This document shows, in pieces, positions 1-20,008 of a DNA stretch of 64,000 bases (position 1 is the stretch's first letter; each line of letters starts with the position of its first letter). The position numbers were made by a program, and so were the translations under genes. The notes beneath the pieces are model-generated. The model worked only from the letters and a program-made list of their open reading frames with translations. It was not told where the DNA came from and made no database searches. The DNA comes from Hormiphora californensis (taxonomy: Eukaryota; Animalia; Ctenophora). The DNA is taken from assembly GCA_020137815.1 (NCBI GenBank), contig CM035351.1:310001-374000 (forward strand), read 5' to 3'.

Positions 1-1258
1 GGTTCGGTTCGGTTCGGTGGAAAATTTTGGCCGAACCACCGAATTTTTTGTTCAAAAAATGGCCAAAAATCGGGCTTTTTCAGCCATCATTTTTCAATTA
101 TTTCACAAATTTTTTCATGGATTTCAATGTTTATTTCGCCGTATGAACCCTATTTCGAATCGGTGGTGCTATGTGGAAATGATTTCGCTAGTTAGCGGGT
201 TCGATATGGATTGATTTGATACGTGACTTCCCGTCGAATCGTGTCCTCATGAGATGTCAACAAATTCAGAAACTATTTTTTTCAAAAAAGTCATGGAGAG
301 CACCGATCAAGGTATTGAGAATCATTCTCTGAAATTTTGTTAAAAAAGTTTGAAAAAATTTTGTGAAAAATTTTCTAAGTCAATTTTATGGAAAATTTTC
401 TATGTCAATTTTTGCGTACGAATCGTGTTTCGAATCGGTATTGCTAAGCGGCAGTGATGTTGCTAATTAGTGGGTCCGAGATGGATTATGCTGATACGTG
501 ATCCCCCATCAAATCTAATTAGGAAGTTTAGGGGAACGATTCATGTTTCGATAAATCCTGCTAATTAGTGAGAGCACTGCCGCATAACATCACCGATTCG
601 CAACACGATTCGTACGGCAAAATTGACATATAATTTTTTTCGAAATCGACTTTTGAAATATTTTACAAAGTTTTTTCACAAAATTTAATGTTTTTCTAAA
701 AATTTATGGAGAGCATCGATCAAGGTATTGAGAATCATTCCCTGAAATTTTGTGAAAATTTTTTTAGTGAAAAATATTTTAAGTAAATTCTGGTATACGA
801 ATCGTGTTTCGAATCGACAATGCTAAACGGGAGTGATGTTGCTAATTAGTGGGTCCGAGATGGATTGTGCTGATACGTGATCCCCATCAAATCTAATTAG
901 GAAATTTAGAGAGGCACGATTCATGGTTCGTTTAATCCTGCTAATTAGCAATACCATTCCCGTATAGCATTGCCGATTCGAAACACGATTCGTACGCAAA
1001 AATTGACATAGAAAATTTTCCATAAAATTGACTTTGAAAATTTTTTCCCAAAATTGACTTTGAAATTTTTCCAAACTTTTCAGAGAATGATTCTCAATAC
1101 CTTGATCGGTGCTCTCCATGACTTTTTAGAGAAACATTTATACAGAAAAAGTTTGGTATGGTTCGGTTCGGTTCGGTTCGGTTCGGTTCGGTAAAAAAGT
1201 TTTTCAAATTCGGTTCGGTTCGGTTCGGTGGAAAAAAACCCGGTTCGGTCGTTTCCTG
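1..1258. mobile_element. Non-autonomous hAT-like DNA element, left end truncated by the window; (GGTTC)n subterminal repeats and an internal palindromic/duplicated cassette
   Basis: (GGTTC)n at 1-18 and 1160-1250. It ends GGTTCGGTCGTTTCCTG at 1258, nearly identical to the right TIR of the MITE at 28169-28277, which has an 8-bp TSD. Internal inverted repeat: ~290-460 versus ~930-1125. Confidence 0.6.
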
Positions 1259-2190
1259 CTTGTTACTTTACACAATAACATATTTTCTTGGTTGCCTTGC
1301 TCGACCTCCGCTCCCTGGGTTTGAAAAAAGATAATTTACAGGTGATCAGTGTTAGTGATATTCCCGGTGGGGTTATCAACATTATGTATGGGTCGCAGGA
1401 GACTCTTGGAATGTCCATGTCTCAACACCCTGTCATCAGTGGGTTATGGTACCCTAACTCTTTTAAAGGTACACAATCGAGCAGCTGTGATTGATTGAAT
1501 GATTGAGTCTGGCTTCGGACCAGTTGGTAACAATTGGCACATCGGTCACATTGTTGCGCCGAATAATACGAGAACTACAACGTCGCGCGTATTTGATCTA
1601 TATAAAGTTTAATCGCGCGCATTGTCAGCAGTTATTATGCTGTGCTTTTGAACCACGCTGCGTATCATGATCATCCTAAAATGAATTTAAATTACGGTGA
1701 TAATCCGATACTGATACCGCCACGGATTAAACTTAACTTATTAATACAATTCCAATTCCAATCCTGCATGTCTGTGTCAATGCCTCACTCCCACCCTCGT
1801 TTCAGATTGTGCTACTGTCCAGAAGGAAGTTACAAGGACCCCTAACAAGCTATCATGGGTTGATGAGTGCAATGACATCCAAACTGTTGTAAAGAGATGT
1901 CTCTTTAACAAAAATGTTGTGATGCCTGCCGGGAACAGCTTCGCTAATTAAGAACTGTGTTTTAGAAGGGACTTTTAGTAGAGGGTTTCAAAATGAAAAG
2001 TGTACCGTCATGGACTAATATCTAACCGCTTTTTATTGTTTTTACCGTTTTATTCTTTGGCTGAAAGTTTTGCGTTTCATTTATTTTCTATTCGAAGGGG
2101 AGAGTGCCAGGTGAACATATATTTTATAACACAGCCAGTACCACAAGTCGCAAAAGGTCACATTTGGGGGTCCCCCATGTCATTCCAGAC

Positions 2191-2261
2191 CTGTCTGGCG
2201 CCGCCGACCCCAACTGAGTGCACTGTCGAGAATCAAATTGGGGTCTGGCGCCGCGAGACAG
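2191..2261. repeat. ~70-bp hairpin dispersed repeat (CTGTCTGGCG..GACCC...GGGTC..CGC.AGACAG)
   Basis: Imperfect inverted arms. Related copies at ~11477-11537, ~13333-13410 and ~13933-13990. Confidence 0.55.
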
Positions 2262-2591
2262 TTCAATACCAAATGGAGTCCTCCATTTGGTCTGGAATGG
2301 CATGGAGGGACGTCGAATTTTCCTCGCCTTGGCTACCCGACCCTCAAAATCAGAGGTTCGCCGCCCGACCCTATCTGAGCCTTACGCTCCAGTTGCAAAA
2401 TTGAAACTGACATCAGTTTCAAATTTTGTGTTTGGTATAGTTGCAAAATTGAAACTGACATCAGTCGCAAAATCTCTAACGGCGGTAGGGATGGCTTTGG
2501 TAAAGCGATATCTTAGTTTGGAAGCTGAATTCTTATAAATTTTTAATTTATTTTGCTCTAGCTCTCATCCCTAATTCTATGTTTTCAAATT

Positions 2592-3356
2592 TCAAGGGGG
2601 AAGGTAGCAATGGTACCAATTCCACGGCCAGTTACCTAATTGATATCCAAACACAGTGACTTCTTCAATCTGCATAATAACATGACTATCCTTCTTGTCT
2701 AGTTCCGGTACCTCCGCTTTCTCGTCATCATAGATCCTCAGCTTCCTAGCGTTAACCAGATAGGGACATGTTATGGTATAGGTGTGATTTAACACCGTTG
2801 TACTAGTGTTAGCATAGGTGTTAATCTCGGTTATCACATCACACGTCATCCAATCCGTTGTGTTGTTTGGTAATGGTATGGAGCTGTTCTCGTCACTTAT
2901 CATTACTTCTGTACCGAGGATTCTTTGGGGCACTTTGGTTGAAGTTGATAGCCTGAAATATTAACAAGATATTAATATCAAGATAGTGCAGAATGCAGAT
3001 ATTAATATCAAAAGGTTGGTTTGATTGGGAACTATAAGTCTATAAATATACTAACGACAGATAATTAAATTGGCTCACCTATCAACTATGACCACTTTTG
3101 TAATGTAAGCTGGAACCTCCAGATCAAATTTGATCCACTGTTCCTCTCCTGTATCTGCAGACTGGTAGAAAGATGAACCCCCTGTCCCGCCATTGATTGC
3201 TCTACCTGCTGTGTGTCCATTCTTCTTGCTCAGCTCCGTTGGGTTGGTGAGTGTCAGCTCTTCTTCTTGAGTGCTGGGCGGCGAAGTATAGGATCCTGTA
3301 GCTAGTAATATTACCAAGAACAGACACTGACAGGGCATGATATTCGTGGACAACAT
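2592..3356 (-). CDS. Secreted F-type lectin / F5-8C (discoidin-like) domain protein, 2 exons (3356-3079, 2952-2592)
   Basis: Hydrophobic signal peptide (CLFLVILLATGSYT). AING...EEQWIKFDLEVPAYITKVVIVDR joins through a GT-AG intron in frame to LSTSTKVPQRILGTEVMI...MQIEEVTVFG, matching the FTP/F5-8C pattern. Confidence 0.65.
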
Positions 3357-3778
3357 CGTTTGGGCAACTCTCGTGTAATTCAACAAGATGTTATAGCTAG
3401 TTAGAAATGTGTGAATGTCAACAACAACAAACTATAGGCGGCAGATGATGAATTTAAAGATGATCTCGGCACAATGTGCTGGTACGTGGGTGATCACGTG
3501 GGGAAGGCCGGTCAACCAATTGTAGGCGGAGTGGCCAACAGATCTATTTGACTATTTGCCAGATACTTCACATGTTTAGATACCAGCTCATGGTTCAAAT
3601 ATCATCATGGAGAGAGAAAAGAAGAGAGAAAAGAACTTATAGCGAGTAAAATATGAATATATTGAACAAGTGGCCTAGAACTAATGACTATTCTCCCAAA
3701 CTTAGAATTATAATTCATTTATGGATGGAAAGGAAGACCAGTGAGAACTGTCAGAGCATTGGCCTGAAAGAGCGAGTA

Positions 3779-4262
<484 letters not shown>

Positions 4263-4599
4263 CAAGGCAAGGGTATTTGGTAGCCCGCGTTGGCCGGGGA
4301 CGGATCTTCTAATTGACCATTTAACGTCAATTTTTGATTGTCATGGTAACTGATAATTGATATGACTCATGAGTTCTCAGTTTCCACACTCCAGGAGGTA
4401 AGAACTAACACTGAAAGTGCACTACCCCAGTACTATGATATAATGCACTACCTACCACGTATACCACGGAGCGGTCCACACTATACTACTCACGCCGCAG
4501 CTACCAGGAGTTCCTTCTAAACTCATTCAATCAAATTTGATACTCTAACCGAGATACATGACAAAACTGTACCGTGTGAGGTATATCTGCAGGCAAAGC

Positions 4600-4710
<111 letters not shown>

Positions 4711-5173
4711 AGATATCAGAATGCCAAGAGAAATGGGATTGAAAGTGATAAAATGGAATAAGTTGACTGGCTGCGTGCCGCGGCTGATCACTACTACTCT
4801 CTCTCCCTAGTTAATGTAACAAACTCTCTCTCTGATCAGTGATCACTACTACTTGAAAAGCTGCTGTTGTTGCCACTAAACGCCATCTGATCAGCTTTCT
4901 TATATCTCATTTAGTTTATAGCTCCTGACCTCTCAGTTCTCTCATACAATCCATTTAGTACCACTACCTCCTGAACTTTTAGCTTTATAGTTATCCATTA
5001 CATAGTATACTGATCCTGCAATGACTTATCTCTCCCTAGTTAATGTAACAAACTCTCTCTCTCTGCAATGACTTATGCGTTTCTCCCTGTACTCTGAGGA
5101 GAGGGACCAAGAGAGTTCTACTAACTTCAGTCGGCCCACCGAGATAAATCTTCAACTGAGTTGTCCCATCAAG

Positions 5174-10583
<5,410 letters not shown>

Positions 10584-10759
10584 AGAGGCAGGCCCTAAAT
10601 ACACTTTGTGTGACGAAACAGCTCAATAATGTCACTGTGTTTTTCTTCTGCCTTGAGATTATAATGGCTTGGCGAACTTTTCCAGCCGTTTTAGCTAACT
10701 GATCCAAAGCGACAAGTAATGTTATTGAGATTTGGTTAGAGCGATAGAGAGAAAGATGA

Positions 10760-10857
<98 letters not shown>

Positions 10858-11632
10858 AGGTGTTGTTGAACGTGTTGTGTGTGCAGTATATTGCAGTAAG
10901 GTGTGTCGTTTGTTCAATTACTTTTAGTGTTTGTTCAGGTACCTTCTCAGTACAAAATCACTCGGATTCGGACAGAGATCTCTTGTTCTAACTAGCTTGT
11001 ATAGGCCATAGACAATGTTGCTTCTCTTCACACTTCACAGCTGTTCAGTATAGAATGTGTATGCGAACTCTGCACGTTATACACACAGCGAGGGGAGCTA
11101 GAGAGCTCTAAAGAGATATCGTATTAGCATATAAAGCATCATGTGTTTGTGTGTGTGTGTGTGTGATTTGTAGTGACAATCGTGGGATGTGTTCTGGATT
11201 TGAAAGTGTTTACTTCTGGCTAAAGTTATAGCTTGCCTTGCTTGCATCGCGGTATAATTCTAAAGCACACACAAGTGTTACGCCGTGTGTTATAGGCGAG
11301 TTTTTAGGCTTTGGTATATTACACTGTCGATCTTTCTGTGAAGCATAACTCGGATACTTGACATTGAATGTTGCAGCGTCAATCGAGGAAGTGAATTAAA
11401 ATATGCTTGCATTCCTACCAGCATATTATCCGCATTTTATTGATTTTCGAAAACACGAAAACTTTGCATTTTTTACTGTCTGGCGGCGCCGACCCGATCT
11501 GGGCGCACTGTCAGTGGATCAAAACGGGGTCAGACAGAAATTCTATAAATGCTTCGTTTTATTTGTCGTTGTTTGTTCTAAAACCTTGTTATTTGTTACA
11601 ACTTAACCATTTCCAAACAATAGATCTATGAA

Positions 11633-12099
11633 ATGGACCAGAACTATACGGAACACCACCCTGAATCACTGAGAGGAGCTGAAAGTATGCTACACACGCA
11701 CAGTAGGAAGACAGAACACCATGGCTTCTATTTCATATCCTTTGTTGGGATAGCACTAGTTGCAATGCTGATTATTATAGTTATCAAGTTTATCAGGGAC
11801 AGCAGAGGAAGGAGGTCTGACCAGTTGAGGACTGTTAATTATCCAGAGGAGGATTTCGCTAGTGATGCCATCTTTGTCAGGTGAGAGTGCCTCGATCACT
11901 TGTGTAATTTTATAAGTACTACATATTTTGAATTTCCCTGTAAATTAGTTAATTAATGATTTTCCCTTTCAGAGACATGGCAGATCTTCCATCATCATCG
12001 AGTGAACGACCCAGTGAAGAGGACAGTGGCACAGTGATTTTAATAAACAAAAACCAGCAATCTAAATTCAACTTAGATTTGGAGACAGAGACTTTGTAG
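11633..12099 (+). CDS. Small single-pass membrane protein, 2 exons (11633-11880, 11973-12099)
   Basis: N-terminal NYT sequon; hydrophobic FYFISFVGIALVAMLIIIVI followed by basic residues; phase-2 GT-AG intron; ends ...DLETETL-TAG. Confidence 0.7.
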
Positions 12100-14363
12100 T
12101 TGTAAAATAATTGTAATTTGTTGATTTGTAATGTTTTGATGAAAGAATCAGATAATTAAACATTTTTAAAAACTAACTTATAGTCTTTAAAATTGGGAAA
12201 TTGTTATGTGCCATGTGGGGTTTCTCCCACTCACCTTTTCCTGAATGCATGAAGAACCCGTTGAACCTATCGCCCCTCTAACTCAAAGTTCATGATTGTG
12301 GTCAGGCCTGATCAGGGTAGTGTCCAATGAATCTTCCTATATATACCGATGATGGCGATATCTCGAATCCGCTGCTAACACAATGCCTGACCAATACTGT
12401 ATGGCGGCGCCATACCTTGGTAATGAAATTCCCCCTCTGCGCTAGCTCACGGAGGGGTAATAATATCGCTTGTACGGCGGGAAAAAAATTCCTGTGTCCA
12501 AACTACAAAACAGAAAGTTCTAATTTTTTGAACATACCGAGGAAATTGTCTGAGCTACCATTACATACCAGAATTTTTCGATATTTTGGCCATTAACACT
12601 GTTTTTGTTTTTGGAAAACTATGAAGATGCTGGAATTTGGCTACAAAAACCTTCAGAAATGTGCAAAATGCCATTCCAAAGGTATTAGAGGTGGATTCAT
12701 TGATAACTAAGCTATAGTCGAGTCAGAAAAAATTCCACAAGATTGGAATTTTATGCCCATATAAGGAGTTATGCGACACACCTCTGTTGTTAAACATGTG
12801 GTGTAATCGCTACCGGTCGTTACTTTCTGTAGAATTCAGGTCCTAGTTACTATACAAACTAGTACCATACGTTTTAGATAGGTTTTAGACAAGTTTTCGA
12901 TAACTTTTTATGAGAAGGTCCCGTAAATTTTCATTTTTAGGTAGGCGGTATTGTCACCCCTATATGCAATAATAGGGGTGACTTCGTAACCAACGCCATA
13001 CCCCATTTGATTCAGATGGGTCGCGGCGCCAGACAGGACCAATATAAATATCCTCGCTCCAAAAGAGCCATTCGAGAAAGGGTCAGTACGATGCCTGGCA
13101 GCGAATCCTAAATGGAATTGAGTAAACTGCGGCTAATACACAAGCAGAATCCAGCGCATATGATATTGATGTGTCACCTTTTTTGTTTGGCGCCCTACGT
13201 CAATGTATGGATACCTCGAGATTCGCTAGCACACAACTCTAGGCCGCAGACATGAAATACCACCTTGGTATATCCATTATCCTGATCCTGATTTCAACCC
13301 GAGGATATGACGTCAAACTGGAAGTGAACCCCCTGTTTGGCGACGCCGACCCATTATGATTCTGAGCACACTATCACGAGAATCAAAACGGGGTCTGGCG
13401 CCGCCAGACATCCTAACCCTGGCTCTAGCCACAGTCTGGACTGACCGGGGCCGCCTCGCTTTGATTCAGGATTGCTATACGGACACATGCAACGATCTGG
13501 GTTGAAGAGGAGAAGAATGTGACGGGAGAAGCCAGACGTGACACAGTTTTTAATTCTCTACAGTGCGCTCAGATTTGGTTTTATGGTGTCTGACAGCGGG
13601 TTGAAGGTACAAAATAAAACAAGTTGACTCACTATTGACTAAAAAAGATTGAATTACATCAGTAGTAGTAGTACAGTATCTTGAGAGGTCACAATTAAAA
13701 CAATAATAATCTACTGGGTATATCAATTATCGGGGTCCGACTCTATAATTATAGTTTGCTTTGGCCACAATTTAGGGGTCAAAACAAACTAGTTCTATGA
13801 AAAATATGATTCGCTTCATATCGTGTTACTCACGAAATATCGCAAGGGTAACTAAACAGATTTAGCGGCAACGGTCAAGTTTGGAAGAGGGGAAGTGGAT
13901 CTTCCTAATCCGTACTAGACACTCTCTTTTACTGTCTAGCGTGCCTCGACCCATTCCTTCAGACAAAGGGTCTAGGGCACGCTAGACAGCCTCTTAATTA
14001 TGTGGTCAATTCTAAAAAGAGGGTAAGAGCAGGACCTTTACATCCAAAACTCTTCAACAGTATTTCACTTCATAACATTTGTAAACAAAGAGTCAAACAT
14101 TATACACTCTCTCTCCAGTCAGGGCGATACCTGACCACTCCTCTCACTCCACTCTTCTTAGCGCGGGCGATGTGGTCAGTGCAATGCCTGAAGAATTCCT
14201 CTCATACTAATATTATATATTCTCCCATATCAATAACATTCAAACTTGTTCAATTCAACACAGTTTCAAATCATCACGTGACCCGCACATTGTCTCTGAC
14301 AGTAAAAACACATTGTCAATATCTCTCTATTGTCAATATCTCTCTCTCCCACTATCACTATCT

Positions 14364-17300
14364 CTAGGACCAGACATCCTTCTGGTACCGGAATGAATTC
14401 TCCATGCTGACAACATATGCCTCCGCCACCTTTCGTTCCCTCTTTCCGTGCAGTTGGATGATGTCTATCAGCTGCTGATGTACATCGCGAGCCATGTGCC
14501 TGGCGTCTCTGTAGGGAAAGGGGTGTTGTTAGAGGGATATCGATTTAGAGAGAGTTAAGGAAAATGTAGGGAGGGAGGACTGTAATAAACGAACAGTTCA
14601 TTGATTGTAATCTCAACTAACTGAGGCAAACATGTGTTAACGATGATTCTTTGACCTCAAGATACACACAGACAAACACACTGAACAAACAGATCTAATA
14701 AATATTCAAGGCACCTACCCGCACACATAGAAATGAGCTCCCTGCTCGAGAAGCTCCCAGATCAAATATCCATTATCCTCCATGATGTTCTGTACGTACA
14801 CTTTCTTCTCCTGAAATCATAACATGTTAGGAGATCTTCCTCTTTTACAAACGGTGAAATGGAGCAATAAATAGGGAGTACATGTGTGGGGATGGTCATC
14901 TCAAGAATATATCATATCATATCAGATAATTATCTTACAGTATCTCGGCTGAATGCGGTGTACAGTTGAATGGTCCCCTCATCTGCATATTGGTACAACT
15001 CATCAGAATACAAGAAATCCTTATCTTGGTGCCTACATCCAAAGAAGAGAACATTCTCTCCAACCTCCTTACCCTCTGCCTTGAGGGCAGCCCTGTGCTG
15101 GATAAAACCTCGGAATGGAGCCAGCCCAGTTCCAGGTCCAACCATGATAATAGGCACTGCTGCCCGTCTGGGTAGTCGGAACCCTTGGTTACGTCGCACA
15201 AACACGGGGATTGTGTACTCATCCATTTCTGAGAGGCATGAAATGATTTGTTAGGAGAGGAGAGGGGGGAGCTTGTGATGGATTTGGCAACTGCTCTGAT
15301 GTATCAGCAGGTTATTTGATATTGCAGTACCTGAGGGGGTTAACTTCTGGAGCCAGCTAGTACATACTCCCTCCGCCTGTCGACCACTGTTTGTTGTGTA
15401 TTTTACCAAGGCAGCACAAACATGAATACTCTTTGGATTTTCCTTGGGGGATGAAGCGATGGAGTAGTATCGGGCCTGGAGTCGGGGCATCAATTCTAGA
15501 ATGTGGTCAATTGGAGGCTGGAGAGAGGGACAATCCTCGAGAATCTGGAGGAGATGTCGCTGATCCTTTACTACCCAGTTGTTGTATTGGTTCTGGGGGG
15601 AGAGGGGGGTGTTAGATTATCAACACCAAGAGAAACATGGCATATATATGGCCCCCCTTTTAGAGGAAGGTTGAATGGTATGAATTGAGGACCTTACCTT
15701 TCCCTCAACAGTATTGCTGGTCAGTTTATTCAGGAACTCCTTCTCATTCTCATCTGTAGCGTATTGAGCCAGATCTCGCAGGACATTAGTTCGGATTGGT
15801 GTGTTGATATCAACATAGTGGGTTAGGGCTGTTCGGTATGTCGTGGGGCAAGGGAAGGGATGTTTCTTGGAAGTGAACTCTGAAATTAGTTGAATATTAG
15901 TACCTTCGAAACTGTACTTAATATAAACAGTGTCAACTCGTGTTACAATGTCAAGTACTAAGTGCTAACGTACCGTCTACACAATCGAGGGAGAAGACTT
16001 GGTCCAGCTCTACATCCAATCTCTCAGCCAGATCCTTCACCATTTTAGGGTTATTTTCTGGGTAGATGGCAACGTGATCTCCTGCATCATACCTGGAATA
16101 GGAAATGTGTGGTTACCAAGTGTGTGGTTACCAAATGCACTGTTACCGGTTCAGTTCAGGTGTCACTTTTGCAATGTTTGGTACAAAATATTTCCCACGC
16201 CGCGCACCGCACTGCTGAAAAACAACTTTATCCTATGAGGTGCACCGCGCGTGCCACGTCAAATGTGACAACTACTGTAGAAGAATTCATGGATTATGCA
16301 GGACCACGTACCGATACATGAACGATTAATCATTCTTAATCCTTTCACTTCCTGGTATTTAAACTTACTTCATCTTGGCCTTTCCAATATCGATCTCACA
16401 GTGGAACACGGTTCTATCGCTGTCCTCAGAGCACAGGTTTTGGTTGACAGTCAGCTTGCCCATGAATGGGTTTTTGGCGTCATACGGTGGCCTCTGGCTA
16501 GAGTAAGATCCTAGGTAACCCATCTCACCCTTGAACACACTAGAACTGTGGATACTCTCGTGTTCTTCTAGCTTGTAGTTTCGGATGCTGTGGGAGAGAG
16601 GGAGGATTATAAGACGCTGTAGAATTGAATATGGGATAATAAAGTTCACGAGTGGGCCACTCGGAGTTGCTCATATAGTTCACGAGTGTCTCATATTACA
16701 GATCTCATTCAGATTACGCTATGACGTCATTATCCAAACAGAGAGGCGGATCACGCCACAACTCTTACTTGAGGTTATCCTCGCTCTTTATCAAGTTGAA
16801 CTTGGCACAGACATCCGTCCAGAAGGCCTCCTTCCAGTTCAGATAATCGTCCTCAATGTTCCCATCGTCATCTCCCATACCAAGGGGTGAGAGTCTGGTT
16901 CCACCTCGCTTCTCTAGCAGCTCATCAGTGTCTTTACCCATCTTGTTGTAATACTCGTATGTGGAGTTACCCAGACCAAATACCTAGAGGGGAATTAGTT
17001 CATGAGCCACAGTTTAGCTAGAGATTTGGTGGATGTTATACAGTATTGAGTGACTGATTGTATTTGAGAGTGTAGTGGTGGTAGTAGTAGGATATTTGCC
17101 TGTGTCGCACTAATATTGGACACTATCCTATTGTTCAGCATCAGAGAACAATGGAAGCGAGAGAGTTGGGTATTGTTGTTTTGGATTTGATTACTAACAT
17201 GCAGTGTCAACCACACACACACACACACACACACAACCACCGTCGTACCACATTTTACATTCAGATAATCCTAGAGGAATATTTCTGAGAAACAAACACC

Positions 17301-18246
17301 GCACAATACAATGACAGAACTTACTGTCACCGCACATTGCACAATACAATGAAATAACTTACTGTCACCGCACATTGCACAATGAAATAACTTACAGCGT
17401 AATTCAATCCAGTAAGATCAGTCTCTTCGTTCCTCATGAACTCATTCAGCTGAATAGCGTTATCAGTGGGTTCTCCCTCTCCATATGTTGCCATTAGGAA
17501 CACAGCGATGTGATCTTCTATTTCCTTGAGTTTTGATAGAGTTTCCTGGGGAAAGAAATATGTAAATTCTTAGTGTGACAGTTTCCTTGTTACTCCAATT
17601 ATCAATAATCACATTTCCCATTGCAGTATAACCCCTCTGAAATATCCTCCAGTTCTCTACAACCCACTCTCTATACTTACAATATCATACTCAACAGGGT
17701 CTCTGTACTTACAATATCATACTCAACAGGGTCGGCGCACATCGCACTGATTCCATAGTATCGACCCTCCTTGCACAGCCTAGTGGTAAACTCCTCAGCA
17801 GTCCCGGTCTGAGACCCGTAGAATACCACCATCTTCTTTCCGCTATCCTGCATCCGTTGGAGAACATCCAGTCCTGACTCAACTATCCCTGTCTTTAGTT
17901 GTCTGAAGTGATGCACTGGGTTAATACTCTACTAATACATATTGGGAAAAGTGTATAGTACAAATTCAAGTAATCATTGTTGTTGAAAAAAAAGTAATTA
18001 TGATTTCCAATCAGTTTATATTAACTAAACTTTACTCACGCGAGTGAGATGGGTTTTATTTTTACAATGTTTGACTCCTGGTATTTCTTGTAAAGGTAGA
18101 AGCCCACAAGACCCAGGACAAAGAGCACGAAGACGACGAATGTCAGCAACATTGAACATTCCCTCTTCGGCATCAGCCACAATCAGGGATGGGTCAACGT
18201 CGGAGGAGGATGGTAGGTCTGCCATGGGCTGTTGTTCCTCGGACAT
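14364..18246 (-). CDS. POR: NADPH-cytochrome P450 reductase (~11 coding exons)
   Basis: FMN motifs VFYGSQTGTAEEF, ATYGEGEPTDNA and VFGLGNSTYEYYN; FAD motif RYYSIASS; NADPH motifs MVGPGTGLAPFRGF and LFFGCR; C-terminus RYQKDVWS-TAG. Exon 1 has a frame discontinuity near 18140. Confidence 0.95.
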
Positions 18247-19116
18247 CTTAGTATCGACCTTCGGCTATAACAAGATGGGAGGGGGGTTACTACTACATAC
18301 AACAGTGGAGATGGGAGGGTTGGAATACAAATATCAGGGAGATTGTTTGGTGGACTGTGGTTCTAACGGGTAACAAATACTGGAAACACAGGTGAGAAAT
18401 GCCGTGTCTCTCTCTCTCTCTCCTGTCTCTCTGCCCCTCTCTGCCTCTCTGTCTCTTGACAGGTTTACATTATGTTGGTGTCATCAATCATTAAGGGTCT
18501 CTGACTCATTAACAGCATCCTACAAAAACAGAAAGCTAAAAAGAAATAAAGGATTCTCAGCCAGGAACCTTGCTTAGACATTCTACAGTTGTTTACCAAA
18601 AGGAAAAGCGTGTAAAATCTGCAGCAGAGTCAGAATATCATTCGATGAAACATGATCCGCTATATCAGCCCTATCTTCATGTCTAGCATTGCCCTAATCA
18701 TGTTAATGACCGGTATTCGGTAAACCCAGACTATCTAGGATGACCGGTTAATGACCGGGAGACTATCTAGGATAATACTTTCTAGAATATTAACTGTCTG
18801 CTACTGCCAGTTAAACTTGGAATGGGGTGAGCTAATTTCAATAATATGGGCCTATGTGACCGAACTAAAAGGCAGCGACAACAAATACTAAATTAAAGTA
18901 AAATAATTGCTTGCTATTGATGTCGCTTAGACCGGGACGAATTTACGCGTAGTGTGTGCGCTGTGTCTGCACCTCACTTTACCTCATTAGACAGAGAGCT
19001 GGATTAACAGATCCCAACGCACAAGCAAACCCAGAGTGAGGAGAAATGAGGGGTTGTTTACTGACACGGAGACACCTAGAGTGAGGGGGAGAGAGAGAGT
19101 GAGGGTTAGAGAGAGA

Positions 19117-19243
<127 letters not shown>

Positions 19244-19351
19244 GGATGGCTAGTCGTGAGTGGTAAAATCTGTAAGCCCTTGCGTAGGAGGAGAATCTCA
19301 ATCTAGAGAGCCAGGATTAGGATGATGCTTGTAGTGCACGTGCCTACAGCT

Positions 19352-19402
<51 letters not shown>

Positions 19403-19603
19403 CTATCTTCTCTCTCTGTCTCTCTCTCTCCCTATCTTTGCTTGCTCGGGCTCGGGTATATAATACTGTTCTAGAAGAAAGCCAAGTGCGTATATGTAGT
19501 TGAGAGACGTCGTCTAACCTTCTCTGGCTGACGTCAGTATCAGAAAGAGAGAGGGGGAGAACTAGTCACTAGATAGAGAAAGAGAGAGGGGGAGATAGAG
19601 AAC

Positions 19604-19679
<76 letters not shown>

Positions 19680-20008
19680 TAGATAGAGACAGTGGGAGGA
19701 AGAGAGATAACTAGATAGAGACAGTGGGAGATAGATAGAGACAGTATTACAGCCAATATTACAATACCTTCTGAGACTGGAAGTTCATTCTAGTGCTGAC
19801 CACTCATTTGAGGAAAGTCAAATAGTATATAGAGTAGCCAGGTAGCCTGAACAATCTTAGAGAGCTAGAGTGAGTATAAAGGTAAGGAAAAAAGATAGTG
19901 ACATAGAACTAAGAAGAAACACCAGGAAAGGAGATAAAGTGAACGACAGATAAAACGAGTGACGTACTTAAAATTATGTAGGACCCTCTTTTTTTGGTAT
20001 CTCATTAA

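Noticed and set aside
11977-12000. MADLPSSS shared with the POR N-terminal ORF
   Set aside because: Only 8 low-complexity residues with divergent codons; probably chance.
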